Part shown: in pieces, positions 53,914 to 64,000 of the stretch
Layout of the letters: each line of letters opens with the position of its first letter
How positions within the stretch are numbered: the first letter of the stretch is position 1
Assembly: GCF_006345805.1 (NCBI RefSeq)
Contig: NC_042999.1
Location: 57,722,001-57,786,000, forward strand
Length of the DNA: 64,000 bases
From: Octopus sinensis
Lineage: Eukaryota
Direction of reading: 5' to 3'
Notes under the pieces: generated by a model
Database searches by the model: none
Told to the model about the DNA's origin: nothing
What the model saw: the letters and a program-made list of their open reading frames with translations, nothing else
Made by a program: the position numbers and the translations under genes

Positions 53914-53947
<34 letters not shown>

Positions 53948-54120
53948 CATATGTTTGTGTGTCTGTGTTTACGTCTCCATAACTTAGCGGTTCAGCAAAA
54001 GAGACTGATAGAATAAGTACTAGGCTTACAAAGAATAAGTCCTGGGGTCGATTTGCTTGACTAAAGGCAGTGCTCCAGCATGGCTGCAGTCAAATGACTG
54101 AAACAAGTAAAAGAGTAAAA
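53385..54120 (+). mobile_element. Family A SINE split by a palindromic insert
   Basis: Head 53385-53550, tail 53935-54120, foreign sequence 53568-53915 inside the central microsatellite. Confidence 0.8.
53568..53815. repeat. 248-bp palindrome (121-bp perfect arms, 6-nt loop)
   Basis: 53568-53688 is the reverse complement of 53695-53815; loop GAGAGA. Confidence 0.95.
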
Positions 54121-55515
54121 ACCAAAGGAAAAAGCAAAAATTTAATAATCAAACACATCAGTTAACTTGGTATTTATATTAGAATAAATTGAACCAGTAC
54201 CTGGATTAAAAGAATGGTGGTGAATATTTTACAATGATATTATAAAGATACAGACGCTAAATGAAAAAGCTTCAGTACACGATGCTAAAATAGAGATGGA
54301 GTGCATGGAATGGTTATGTAAAACTTGGAATCAAAGAATTTAAATTCTGAATACAGAATATAACTAAATGTTTTACAGGGTCAATTACTTCCCCCAAGAG
54401 GATATATATAACACAAGTAGCTTTTGAAGTACCCTAGCACAGAGGAAAGGGATATGCAAAATAGTTCACCTACAACAATATACATAATTTTGATAACTTA
54501 TCAGAAAATGTCAGTCAGTCTCTTAATTTCTTTCATTCATGATTCATTGATTTAATAACGACAGACAGCAGGTCATTTACGGGCAAAAATTACAATAAAG
54601 AAGAAAATAAATAAGATAAAAGTAAAAACATTGATTTCTTTTTAGAATTGGTAGCAGCAACATTAGAACATTAGAAAGGTTCACTTTATGAAGAATAGAA
54701 ACTCATAACTATTAATTGAAAGCAATAGAATAACAGAAGTGAATTGAAATTGCTCAACCATTTCTGGTAATAAAATGAAGACACCATTTGTAAAAAGAAT
54801 AACAAAGCCTGGGTGTTGATTTAGCATACAAGTGTGTCAATAATAGGTTGAAAGTAGTTAAAGAAAATCAATGACTGATTAGGAGAATACAAGACAAATG
54901 ACCATTAACACAGCAACCATTTTGTTTTCATCTTTAATTTCTAAAGAGGAAGGACATTGCTGTAGCTTATAAAAACACTGAGATTACACTATAAATGTTT
55001 GGAGTTGGTGATATTGATACAGATAATATGCAGCAGAAATAATCTAGGCCATGAAAGATACAGAGTACACATATATGTGAAGAGGAGAATCAGAGATCTG
55101 TAAACCAGTTGCTGAGCTATTCAGAACAAACAACATTTTACATACTATGGATTTAAGGAACAGTATCCAAATGATAGATTGTGCAATGAAATATCAGAAA
55201 AATATTTAAACACAAGAAAGTTAAAATTGAATAAGCTTAGAAGCCACGGTCATCTGACTGTTTGACCAGCCAGAAAGAAAAGCCAAACCCATATTGGATA
55301 ATGTAGTCAGATGCACACTGCTATTAACAAAAGACTGAATGATCATTATCGAACTGCCTTTAATCAAAGGTCACTTTGATCAGAACTGACCAGGGTCTAT
55401 AACATATTTGATATTTCCTGATTAAAGATAATCAATTTCATATAAAGTAAAAGTTATTCAATTAAAAATTATTCTTCAGTTTAAAAAATATAATAGTGAG
55501 AAGATAATAAATATA

Positions 55516-55748
55516 TATTTCTTTACTACACATAAGGGGCTAAACATAGAGGGGACAAACAAGGACAGACAAACGGATTAAGTCGATTACATCAACCCCC
55601 AGCACGTAACTGGTACTTTATTTATCGACCCCGAAAGGATGAAAGGCAAAGTCAACCTCGGCGGAATTTGAACTCAGAACATAATGACAGATGAAATACT
55701 GCTAAGCATTTCGCCCAGCACACTAACGTTTCTGCCAGCTCGCCACCT
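55516..55748 (-). mobile_element. Family B SINE (CpG-decayed)
   Basis: Colinear; AGATAATAAATATA repeated on both flanks. Confidence 0.9.
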
Positions 55749-56464
55749 TAGATAATAAAGATAATAAATATAACAAACTGGATGAGACCAATCTTTGCAG
55801 GGATGATGATAGTTTTTGCGTATATGAAACAGGAAGGTAATTAAGAATGGAAACATTTTCAATGCACAAAACAAAAGATTGTTATGGTTTGAATAACAAA
55901 ATCAATATTTAGAATATCACAACTGTTAATACTTCAAAATTATTACTAAAATAACAATATTGGTACCTTATAGGCTTCTTCAAGCAAGAGCATACAACTG
56001 AAAATTCCAAATGAATCTTCTTAGTGCTTCTTGCACTTTAAGGGCAGATGAAGTTATAAACCCCAACAGCCACAGTATTCCTGAGAGGGAAAAACATAAT
56101 GATGAAGGAATGCCACAAAAAGCCTATAATTAATGGGATTTGTGGTATTTGTCATCTGATACTTGTCAACAGAAGTGTTTGATTACAAATTAGAATCAAT
56201 ATTACTTTTCAACGTGAATGACTTCATATCCATTACAGAATCTCCTTAGTAAGGGCATAAGCATCACATAATACCATATCTAACAGATCTTTTAAAAGAG
56301 ACCATCTTCACAATGTCCTGAATTTTTCCAAACAAGCTAGGGATATTCAACCCTACAGAATGAATCCAGTTAAGTTTTAAGATCTTGCTTTGTCTTCACT
56401 CAACCTTGCCAACTGTAATCCAGAACAAACTATAGCAGCCAGATGTAAACTTGTTTGTAGATCT

Positions 56465-57635
56465 TACTCTTTTACTTGTTTCAGTCATTTGACTGTGGCC
56501 ATGCTGGAGCATCACCTTTAGTCGAGCAAATCGATCCCAGGACTTATTCTTGTAAGCCTAGTACTTATTCTATCAGTCTCTTTTGCCGAACCGCTATGTT
56601 ACAGGGACATAAACACACCAGCATCAGTTGTCAAGCGATGTTTGGGGAACAAACACAGGAACACAAACATATATACACACATACATACACACACACACAC
56701 ATGGCTTCTGTGCCGGTGGCACATAAAAAGCACCATCCGAACGTGACCGATGCCAACCCCACCTCGAATGGCTTCTGTGCCGCTGGCACATAAAAAGCAC
56801 CATCCGAACATGACCAATGCCAACCCCGCCTCGAATGGCTTCTGTGCCGGTGGCACATAAAAAGCACCATCCGAACGTGACCGATGCCAACCCCGCCTCG
56901 AATGGCTTCTGTGCCAGTGGCACATAAAAAGCACCATCCGAACGTGCCCGATGCCAGCACCGCCCCGACTGGCTTCTGTGCCGGTGGCACATAAAAAGCA
57001 CCATCCAAGCGTGGCCGACGCCAGCACCGCCTCGACTGGCTTCTGTGCCGGTGGTATATAAAAAGCACCAACCAATCGTGGGATCCCGGAACATCTCGCT
57101 GTGCTTGAGGAGACCTGTTGAGTCAAGTGCATGTACATGAACATCAAACCAAATATCAATGGAAACAGTAGTTGTGATACCTGTGCTGGTGACACATAAA
57201 AAGCACCATCCGAACGTGGCCGTTGCCAGTGCAGCCTCCACTGGCTTCTGTGCCGGTGGCACATAAAAAGCACCATCCGAACGTGACCGATGCCAACCCT
57301 GCCTCGAATGGCTTCTGTGCCGGTGGCACATAAAAAGCACCATCCAAACGTGGCCGATGCCAGCACCGCCTTGACTGGCTTCTGTGCCGGTGGCACATAA
57401 AAAAGCACCAACTGATCGTGGCCGATGCCAGACCCCTCTGGCACCTGTGCAGGTGGCACGTAAAAAGCACCCACTACACTCGTGGAGTGGTTGGCGTTAG
57501 GAAGGGCATCCAGCTGTAGAAACACTGCCAGATCAGACTGGAGCCTGGGGCAGCCCCTGGCTCCCCAGACCCCGGTCAAATCGTCCAACCCATGCTAGCG
57601 CGGAAAACGGACGTTAAACGATGATGATGATGATG

Positions 57636-57667
<32 letters not shown>

Positions 57668-57825
57668 CACATATACACGATGGGCTTCTTTCAGTTTCCA
57701 TCTACTAAATCCACTCACAAGGCTTTGGTCGGCCTGAGACTATAGTAGAAGACACTTACCCAAGGTGCCACACAGTGGAACTGAACCCGGAACCATGTGG
57801 TTTGTATGCAAGTTACTTACCACTT
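56465..57825 (-). mobile_element. Family A SINE split by an RTE 3' insertion
   Basis: Tail 56465-56700, head 57672-57825. Confidence 0.8.
56701..57637 (+). mobile_element. RTE 3' UTR fragment with expanded 67-bp tandem array
   Basis: Unit starts at 56702, 56769, 56836, 56903, 56970, 57037, then 57242, 57309, 57376 (exact 67-bp period). Core TGTGCCGGTGGCACATAAAAAGCACC. Ends in the same 3' UTR and (GAT)n as the LINE at 34.6-34.74 kb. Confidence 0.85.
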
Positions 57826-58344
57826 TTGTCTTGTTTTGTTTTTTACAACTACTACATCGAGATATAAACTTTCTGACCTTGCTAATTACCACCCTAAAGA
57901 GAGGGAATTAATCATTTATAACAATCTTCACCTTGACTAAATTTGAAGGAGAGTACTAATATGGTTTCAGAGAGCAAATTGTAATCACTGTTGATGTTCT
58001 TGTGTCAGAGAAATGGTATAAAGCTTTGTAAAATTGTCAAAATTCTGCTCATTTAATAGTCTGTCATTTAACAGACTCTTAATCATCAATAACTTTCCAT
58101 TTCCCATACATCCCTACAATAGATTAATTTCTAATTTTTGAAACTACCATTTAACCAATACCAAACTACTATCCTAATTGCTGATAATATCATTTTGTTT
58201 ACACAAAAATTCATTTAAAAGTCTGGTGTATTAGCTATCAATTTATGCGTTGGACCAAGTGATTAAAGTCTATCAACATCAGTTCACTTCAATCTTTATA
58301 TTACTTCCCATAGCACACATCATTCCTACACAATTAAAGGAGCC

Positions 58345-58540
58345 TCCGCGAGGTCATTCGGCTTGTGAGAAATAGCAACTAAATTTCCCTTAAATAACAC
58401 TATGCTCTTTTAAAAGGGAAGGACATGCTGGAAAATATTTAGATATACTGATATATATCTGAAAATAAGGCGGAATGGTCAAGACTGGAACGCCTTTCAT
58501 TACAGGTCTGTTTGATCTAAGCTGATGTGGGACTAAACAA
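58345..58540 (+). repeat. Dispersed repeat family E (GAAATAGCAGC-AAATC-CCCT...GGCTAAACAAC)
   Basis: Related degenerate copies at about 20690-20840, 21720-21850, 49940-50100, 55235-55400, 59120-59222 and 61530-61990. Confidence 0.6.
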
Positions 58541-58831
58541 GTCTGGAATTTTGCTTAATAATACAAAAAACATCACACTCAGTGCACAGTACAGATTACA
58601 GATAAAAGTGAAAACATAACAAGCAGTAAATCAATGATATCCACACATCATACAATCAACATAGCAATAAAAGGAGAAGCTATTAATTAACCACACACAC
58701 ACACAAACAGATATAACAACCAAATCGACCTAAAGTAAACAGGACACCAGATTACAAAACACTCGTAAACCAAACAAGGGAGGCTTGTTTGTGGTCGCTC
58801 CAAATCTCTCTCAAACTACCATATACCTATT

Positions 58832-59062
58832 CCTTTACTACCCACAAGGGGCTAAACACAGAGGAGACAAACATCGCCGGACAGACAAACGGATTAAGTC
58901 GATTACATCGACCCCAGTGCGTAACTGGTACTTATTTAATCGACCCCGAAAGGATGAAAGGCAAAGTCGACCTCGGCGGAATTTGAACTCAGAAGGTAAC
59001 GGCAGACGAAATACGGCTACGCATTTCGCCCGGCGTGCTAACGATTCTGCCAGCTCGCCGCC
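58832..59062 (-). mobile_element. Family B SINE (CpG-intact)
   Basis: Colinear with 24697-24927. Confidence 0.9.
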
Positions 59063-59299
59063 TTATACCGTTACAAAAAAACAAAACAAAAAAAATTAAT
59101 TAATACATTCGATTAATTAGCCAAGGTACACAGTGTTCATGCAAAAAGATGGGATGGTCATGGGTGGAATGTCTTTGTTCAATAGACTTGTTGAGTCAAT
59201 GCTCACCGGTGGCTAAACAACAGTAAATAGTGCACCAGAATCAAGCCAACACAACCTCATACCTGATAATCTGTCAAGATCCTAGTGCTCTATTTACTG

Positions 59300-59800
59300 T
59301 TGTTGGTTTAGTTTTTACATGCAGGTGCATATCGATAAATGGATCGATCCAAAACAACTGCTTATTTACTGCACTATGTCATTTTCTGAGGGTGACTTTC
59401 ATTGACATTTATCTTTAAACAACCTCAATAAACGGATCTTTCACATTCCCACTGCCCCTATCCCGCTATGCCCTCCCCTATCGATACACTCTTCTCCCCT
59501 CGTTAAATTCCGAGTACGCACCTCTCGACTTCAGATTCAGTTTAGCTTTATGGGGTAAATTTTCTTGTTGATGGGTTTTGTGTATGTTCCACAAGGATCA
59601 GATACTAACTGAAGCGTCGACTCTATATTTCTATATCTCTGCCGTGTGAACTTAACATATTTCTTAAATATGAAAAGTGTTTTGCGCTGATCACTAAATA
59701 TTCTGCGAGAATAGTCTGTTTTGTATGGCTGACTATTTTCGTTTGTGACTAAAAAGGTTGGGGAATTTCTCGTTGATCGGAAATCGATAAAAAAAAAAAT
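59300..59800. promoter_or_regulatory. Candidate CpG-rich promoter / first-exon region
   Basis: Unique sequence visibly richer in CpG than 1-58 kb. TATCGATA at 59330-59337 and 59479-59486, 7/8 match at 59782-59789. Minus-strand donor CAG|GTATGAG at 59263/59262; plus-strand donor CAG|GTGAGC at 60125/60126. Confidence 0.4.
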
Positions 59801-60594
59801 TAAAGACGAGAGAGATGGTGATCGAACTATTAAATATAATTATTGAGGAAAGCAAAAACAACAACACATTGAGCAAAATGGGAGAGAGATTATGCGAGGC
59901 TTAAAATGAAGAGGAAAATCCGATAAACAACCACGAAATAGGGAAATTCCATAGAACATTCCGATGTAAGACAAGAGTGGAGGGGGATGAAGTGTTGCTG
60001 CATTGGGCGAAAACTGGTTGACTATATTTGGGAAAACTGCATTCCTTGCTGCTCCTAGAATGACCGGCAAGCAAGGTGTTAGAGGTGTAGTAATTTCACG
60101 TCTATAAACGTTATCGGGAGATCAGGTGAGCTTGCAAAATGAGAAAAGGAGAGAGAGAAAAAGTGTGTGTGAGAGAGGGGGGAGCGCGTGTGTGCGTGCG
60201 TGCGTGCGTGTGTAGCAGAACGAAAAATATGGAATATGTAGAGATAAAGTGGAACAAATACACGAATAAATAAATAAATAAATAACTAGATAAATGAAAT
60301 AAAATAGATAAATGAGTGAGTGAGTTGATTGAATAACAAGTGATGGGGAAGAAAATATAAAAACTAGCACAAGATATCAGATTTAGTCTACCTTCCTCCT
60401 TCAACTGCTTGCTTGCTAAATGTTCAAAATCTCTCTTTCCCCACCTACCCTGCTTCCCTCACTCCTTCTCTGTCTACCAATGTTAAAATATATGGGAATT
60501 AAAAAAAAAGAGAATCATATATGTTACACACAGAGGAGCATGCACGAGGTCGATGGGGGGGAGCGTGTGCGTAAGCAAATTCGTGTGTAAGTCA

Positions 60595-60633
<39 letters not shown>

Positions 60634-60878
60634 CAGTGGTATTCTCTCCAACTGAAATAGGAGACACATGGCATAGTTCCAACAGAAATAAATGCAGTAA
60701 AGAGGCCATGTGTTTTATGCAGTCAATAAATAAACATCAAATTGGAGACATGCACCATACAGCAGGTCATTTACTCGTTCTTGTTGATTATTGGATGTAG
60801 ATTTATTTTTAAGAAATAATAGAAACTCTTATGTATTTGTGTGTGCATATTTGATATACATATTATACACACGCAAAT

Positions 60879-60974
<96 letters not shown>

Positions 60975-60975
<1 letters not shown>

Positions 60976-61112
60976 AAAACTGTCTGATGAACGGCAACGA
61001 GAAACTCAGAGTAACAGATTTTGTTGAATTTTCTGCTGCTTAAAATAAAGCATATTACTCTACCACTGGTATTTGAGTACTCTTTTTTCCACCTTGTTTC
61101 ACATTTATGTGT
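60975..61112 (+). mobile_element. Short (TA)n-flanked pLTR-like element with hammerhead and AATAAA
   Basis: Hammerhead at the 5' end, AATAAA near 61045, flanked on both sides by (TA)n; single copy in the window. Confidence 0.4.
60980..61017 (+). ncRNA. Minimal type-I hammerhead ribozyme motif, core intact
   Basis: CTGT-CTGATGA-A CG GCAA CG A-GAAA-CT CAG AG-T-A-ACAG: stem I CTGT/ACAG, core CUGAUGA and GAAA, stem III A-U/C-G/U-A with CAG loop, GUA cleavage triplet. Stem II is only 2 bp plus an A.A pair. Confidence 0.65.
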
Positions 61113-61119
61113 TTACTCC

Positions 61120-61168
<49 letters not shown>

Positions 61169-61605
61169 TATATACATATACAGACACACACACAACATAA
61201 CAGATTTTTTGCTAAGGAATGATTCTCGTATACATATCTCTTATCTTATTTCAGTCACTAGGTAGCTGCCGATGTTGGGCGCCACTGCCTTGAAGGGTTT
61301 TAATGGAACAAATCGAAGGGGTTTTCTTGTTGCACTTTTGCTGAACCGCTAGTTTACGGGAATGTAAACAAACCAAGACCGGTTGTCAAGTGGTGGTGGT
61401 GGAGAAAACAAAGACACACACTACCTATCCTATATTTTTGACGGGATTTCTTTCACTTTCCGTCTACCAAATCTACAACTGGTAACATCAAAAACATTGG
61501 ATATTTTCGCAATACTTTATTTCATCCATGTTAATGTTGTTTAACCCCAGGTCAACCCAGATCGAGCAGACCTAAAAAACATTCAGGCTATGATCATCAT
61601 CTCTT

Positions 61606-61875
61606 ATTTCTTTACTACCCACAAGGGGCTAAACACAGAGGAGAAAAACAAGGACAGACAGACGGATTAAGTCGATTATATCGACCCCAGTGCGTAACTG
61701 GTACTTAATTTATCGACCCCGAAAGGATGAAAGGCAGAGTCGACCTCAGCGGAATTTGAACTCAGAACGTAGCAGCAGACGAAATACCGCTAAGCATTTC
61801 GCCCGGCGTGCTAACGCTTCTGCCAGCTCGCCGCCTTTAACGCGTTGAGGCAAGTGCGTGTAAGAGCAGAGTGTG
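61606..61875 (-). mobile_element. Family B SINE with 5' extension and 17-bp TSD
   Basis: TSD TATGATCATCATCTCTT at 61589-61605 and 61876-61892; about 40 non-SINE bases between the SINE head (about 61836) and the TSD. Confidence 0.85.
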
Positions 61876-62151
61876 TATGATCATCATCTCTTTACACGAA
61901 TATGGCTGAATTGAATCCGATTTAAAGATTGAGGATTTGAAGATTGCTGTTTCTTGCAGGTCAAGAAAATATGTAGAGATTCCTTATTAGCTCATCCCGA
62001 GTAACTTCCAAAAACATTAATCTCTTCCCATTACGTGATGCAGATATGACAATGTGGTCCTCGGTTCGATTCCACTGCATGGCACTTGGGTTAACCAATG
62101 CCTTGAGAGCAGAATTTGGTTGATAATTACCGGGTAGAATTCTGGCTTTTG

Positions 62152-62800
62152 AAGCCCATATAACCACTAGCGTAGCTAGCAGGATGCGGTAGGAGCTGTC
62201 TGCCCCGGGCGGCACTTTTGAGTCTGCTGTCTATGATTTTTGTGGTGTCCGGGGGCGGCGGCAAACGGAAGGGCCGTCCCGGGCAGAACACACTCTAGCT
62301 ACGCTATAGCATATAACCCCTCGTAACTTGTTTATTTTTTTGATTTTTCAGGAAATTTTTCTACATACGGGAATTCATACGCTTATGCTTAAATTTGTTT
62401 TTGTTGTAATTTTTACCCCCACTCCGATATATTCAAAAATTTTCACTTCTCCGAATTTTTCTTTTGAAATCAAATTTTTAAATACGGACAGTCGAAATTT
62501 TTTGCTTAAATCCCAACAGTGGACCACGCTTGGATGCATCATCATTCCGTTTGATGTGTTTATGGTGAGAAAAATATTGAAAAACATTAATACATGTCAG
62601 AATGACAAAGAAACGAAGATGGTATCAAGTGGTCAATGGATGTGTTAAAAATAACAGCTAAATCGCCCTTAAATCACACAAATTTCTTCTATTGTATAAT
62701 TGTATGAATTCCCGGATGTAGAAGACAAATTTGCAAAACATTTCTGAAAATTTTTTAAAATAAAAAAATTATGAGGGTTAGGGTTAGGGTTATGGGGTGC
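62152..62800. mobile_element. MITE-like element with long imperfect TIRs, host of the hAT MITE
   Basis: TACATACGGGAATTCATAC (about 62362-62380) vs GTATGAATTCCCGGATGTA (about 62702-62720); ends TAACCCCTCGTAA / TTATGAGGGTTA(GGGTTA)2. Confidence 0.55.
62165..62309. mobile_element. Non-autonomous hAT-type MITE with 8-bp TSD
   Basis: TIR core TAGCGTAGCTAG (62168-62179) / CTAGCTACGCTA (62295-62306); TSD CATATAAC at 62157-62164 and 62310-62317; internal inverted CCCGGG motifs. Confidence 0.8.
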
Positions 62801-63171
62801 CTAAACCAGAATTCCGCCGATTATTGTATAGAAAACCGTCGTGTATGTATGTGTTCCGGTTCTCTGTACTTTGCGTTCAAATCCGCCGACGTCAAAATTG
62901 CTTTCCACCTTTTGGGATTGAGAGATAGACTACTTGTTGAGAACTAGAGGTCTGCAAGGGGTAAAAACGCACCTCCTAAAATTTTTTGTCGTCAATGAAA
63001 ACGCTTCGACTATCCTGGGTTGGACATGAATTCGAACCCACTAAGAATTTCTTTCCTGCACTTGTATTTTGGATGTTTCGCTGTGTCAAGGATGGGAGAA
63101 TGCTTGTGTCCATTTGTGACTACAGAGGCATCTAAAACCGTAAGTGAAAGCGAGTGACGACCATGTATAAA

Positions 63172-63520
<349 letters not shown>

Positions 63521-64000
63521 ATATAATATAAATAAATAAATTTAAAGGAAAAAAATTGATGGTTTTTTTTTTCTCTTATGAGGTTTTTCACGCTAACTAC
63601 TTGATAAATTCTTATGAAGATTTTTATCCTATTTTAAAATTATATATACATATAGGTGTGTATGTTTATTAACACCGGTATAACCAGTATAAAATACCGG
63701 TGTTGTTTATGTCAGGTATGTTTATGTTCCGCAGTGGAGCAGTTTGACAAGAGAAGAATGTTCCGGGCGTGGCTACAGCTCAATGACAGAAACCAATAGA
63801 AAAGGCTACCAGTGTGCACAACTAACTCATTTCTTGACATAGCATCTCATCTCATCACGTATCTGATGATATCTCTGGAACAGTCACTTACTCAACTTCG
63901 CACGCAACTTTTACTTTCGAAGTTAACGATAAAATCCATATAAATAAATGATCCACACCCAAATCTTCAGTTGAAGCAAATCTCCCACCACGCTTATCAT

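Noticed and set aside
56701-57480. CRISPR-like array (palindromic core plus variable linker)
   Set aside because: The linkers are homologous to each other rather than unique spacers, the context is eukaryotic, there are no cas genes, and the unit belongs to a LINE UTR.
56599-57588. Long ORFs of 329, 239 and 146 aa
   Set aside because: They are translations of the 67-bp repeat antisense to an RTE 3' UTR; the same peptides recur at 3143, 29108 and 37392; no domain evidence.
59201-59207. Donor CCG|GTGAGC as independent evidence of a first exon
   Set aside because: It lies within a degenerate family E repeat tail, so it may be coincidental.
62775-62792. Interstitial telomere
   Set aside because: Only three GGGTTA units, forming part of a MITE terminus.

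Overview
AT-rich, repeat-dense animal genomic DNA, most likely an octopod cephalopod. That assignment is inferred from the SINE/RTE families and was not database-checked. The only host gene supported is a minus-strand methionine-R-sulfoxide reductase (MsrB/SelR domain, MsrB3-like). It has two coding exons (8912-8734 and 2141-1969) joined by phase-matched GT-AG sites; the catalytic 3' exons lie left of the window. A CpG-rich, TATCGATA-containing region near 59.3-59.8 kb is a candidate promoter, which would imply about 50 kb of 5' intron. The rest is mobile DNA and simple repeats: a decayed RTE LINE (31.8-34.7 kb) and many RTE 3' fragments, several tRNA-derived SINE families, CR1 remnants, hAT/piggyBac-like MITEs, a 1.44-kb tandem duplication and a 610-bp tandem unit beside a 100-N gap. 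Nearly all ORF-track entries are microsatellite or transposon artefacts. The most notable signals are: (i) five minimal type-I hammerhead-ribozyme folds in three unrelated Penelope-type repeats, one with a fully intact core (60980-61017); (ii) a Penelope 3' end inserted as an inverted pair with a 12-bp TSD and carrying a tRNA-like Pol III cassette upstream of its hammerhead; (iii) two essentially perfect long palindromes (441 and 248 bp), both nested in the central microsatellite of the same SINE family; (iv) an overlapping uORF over the MsrB start codon. No CRISPR, rRNA or intact tRNA gene was found.
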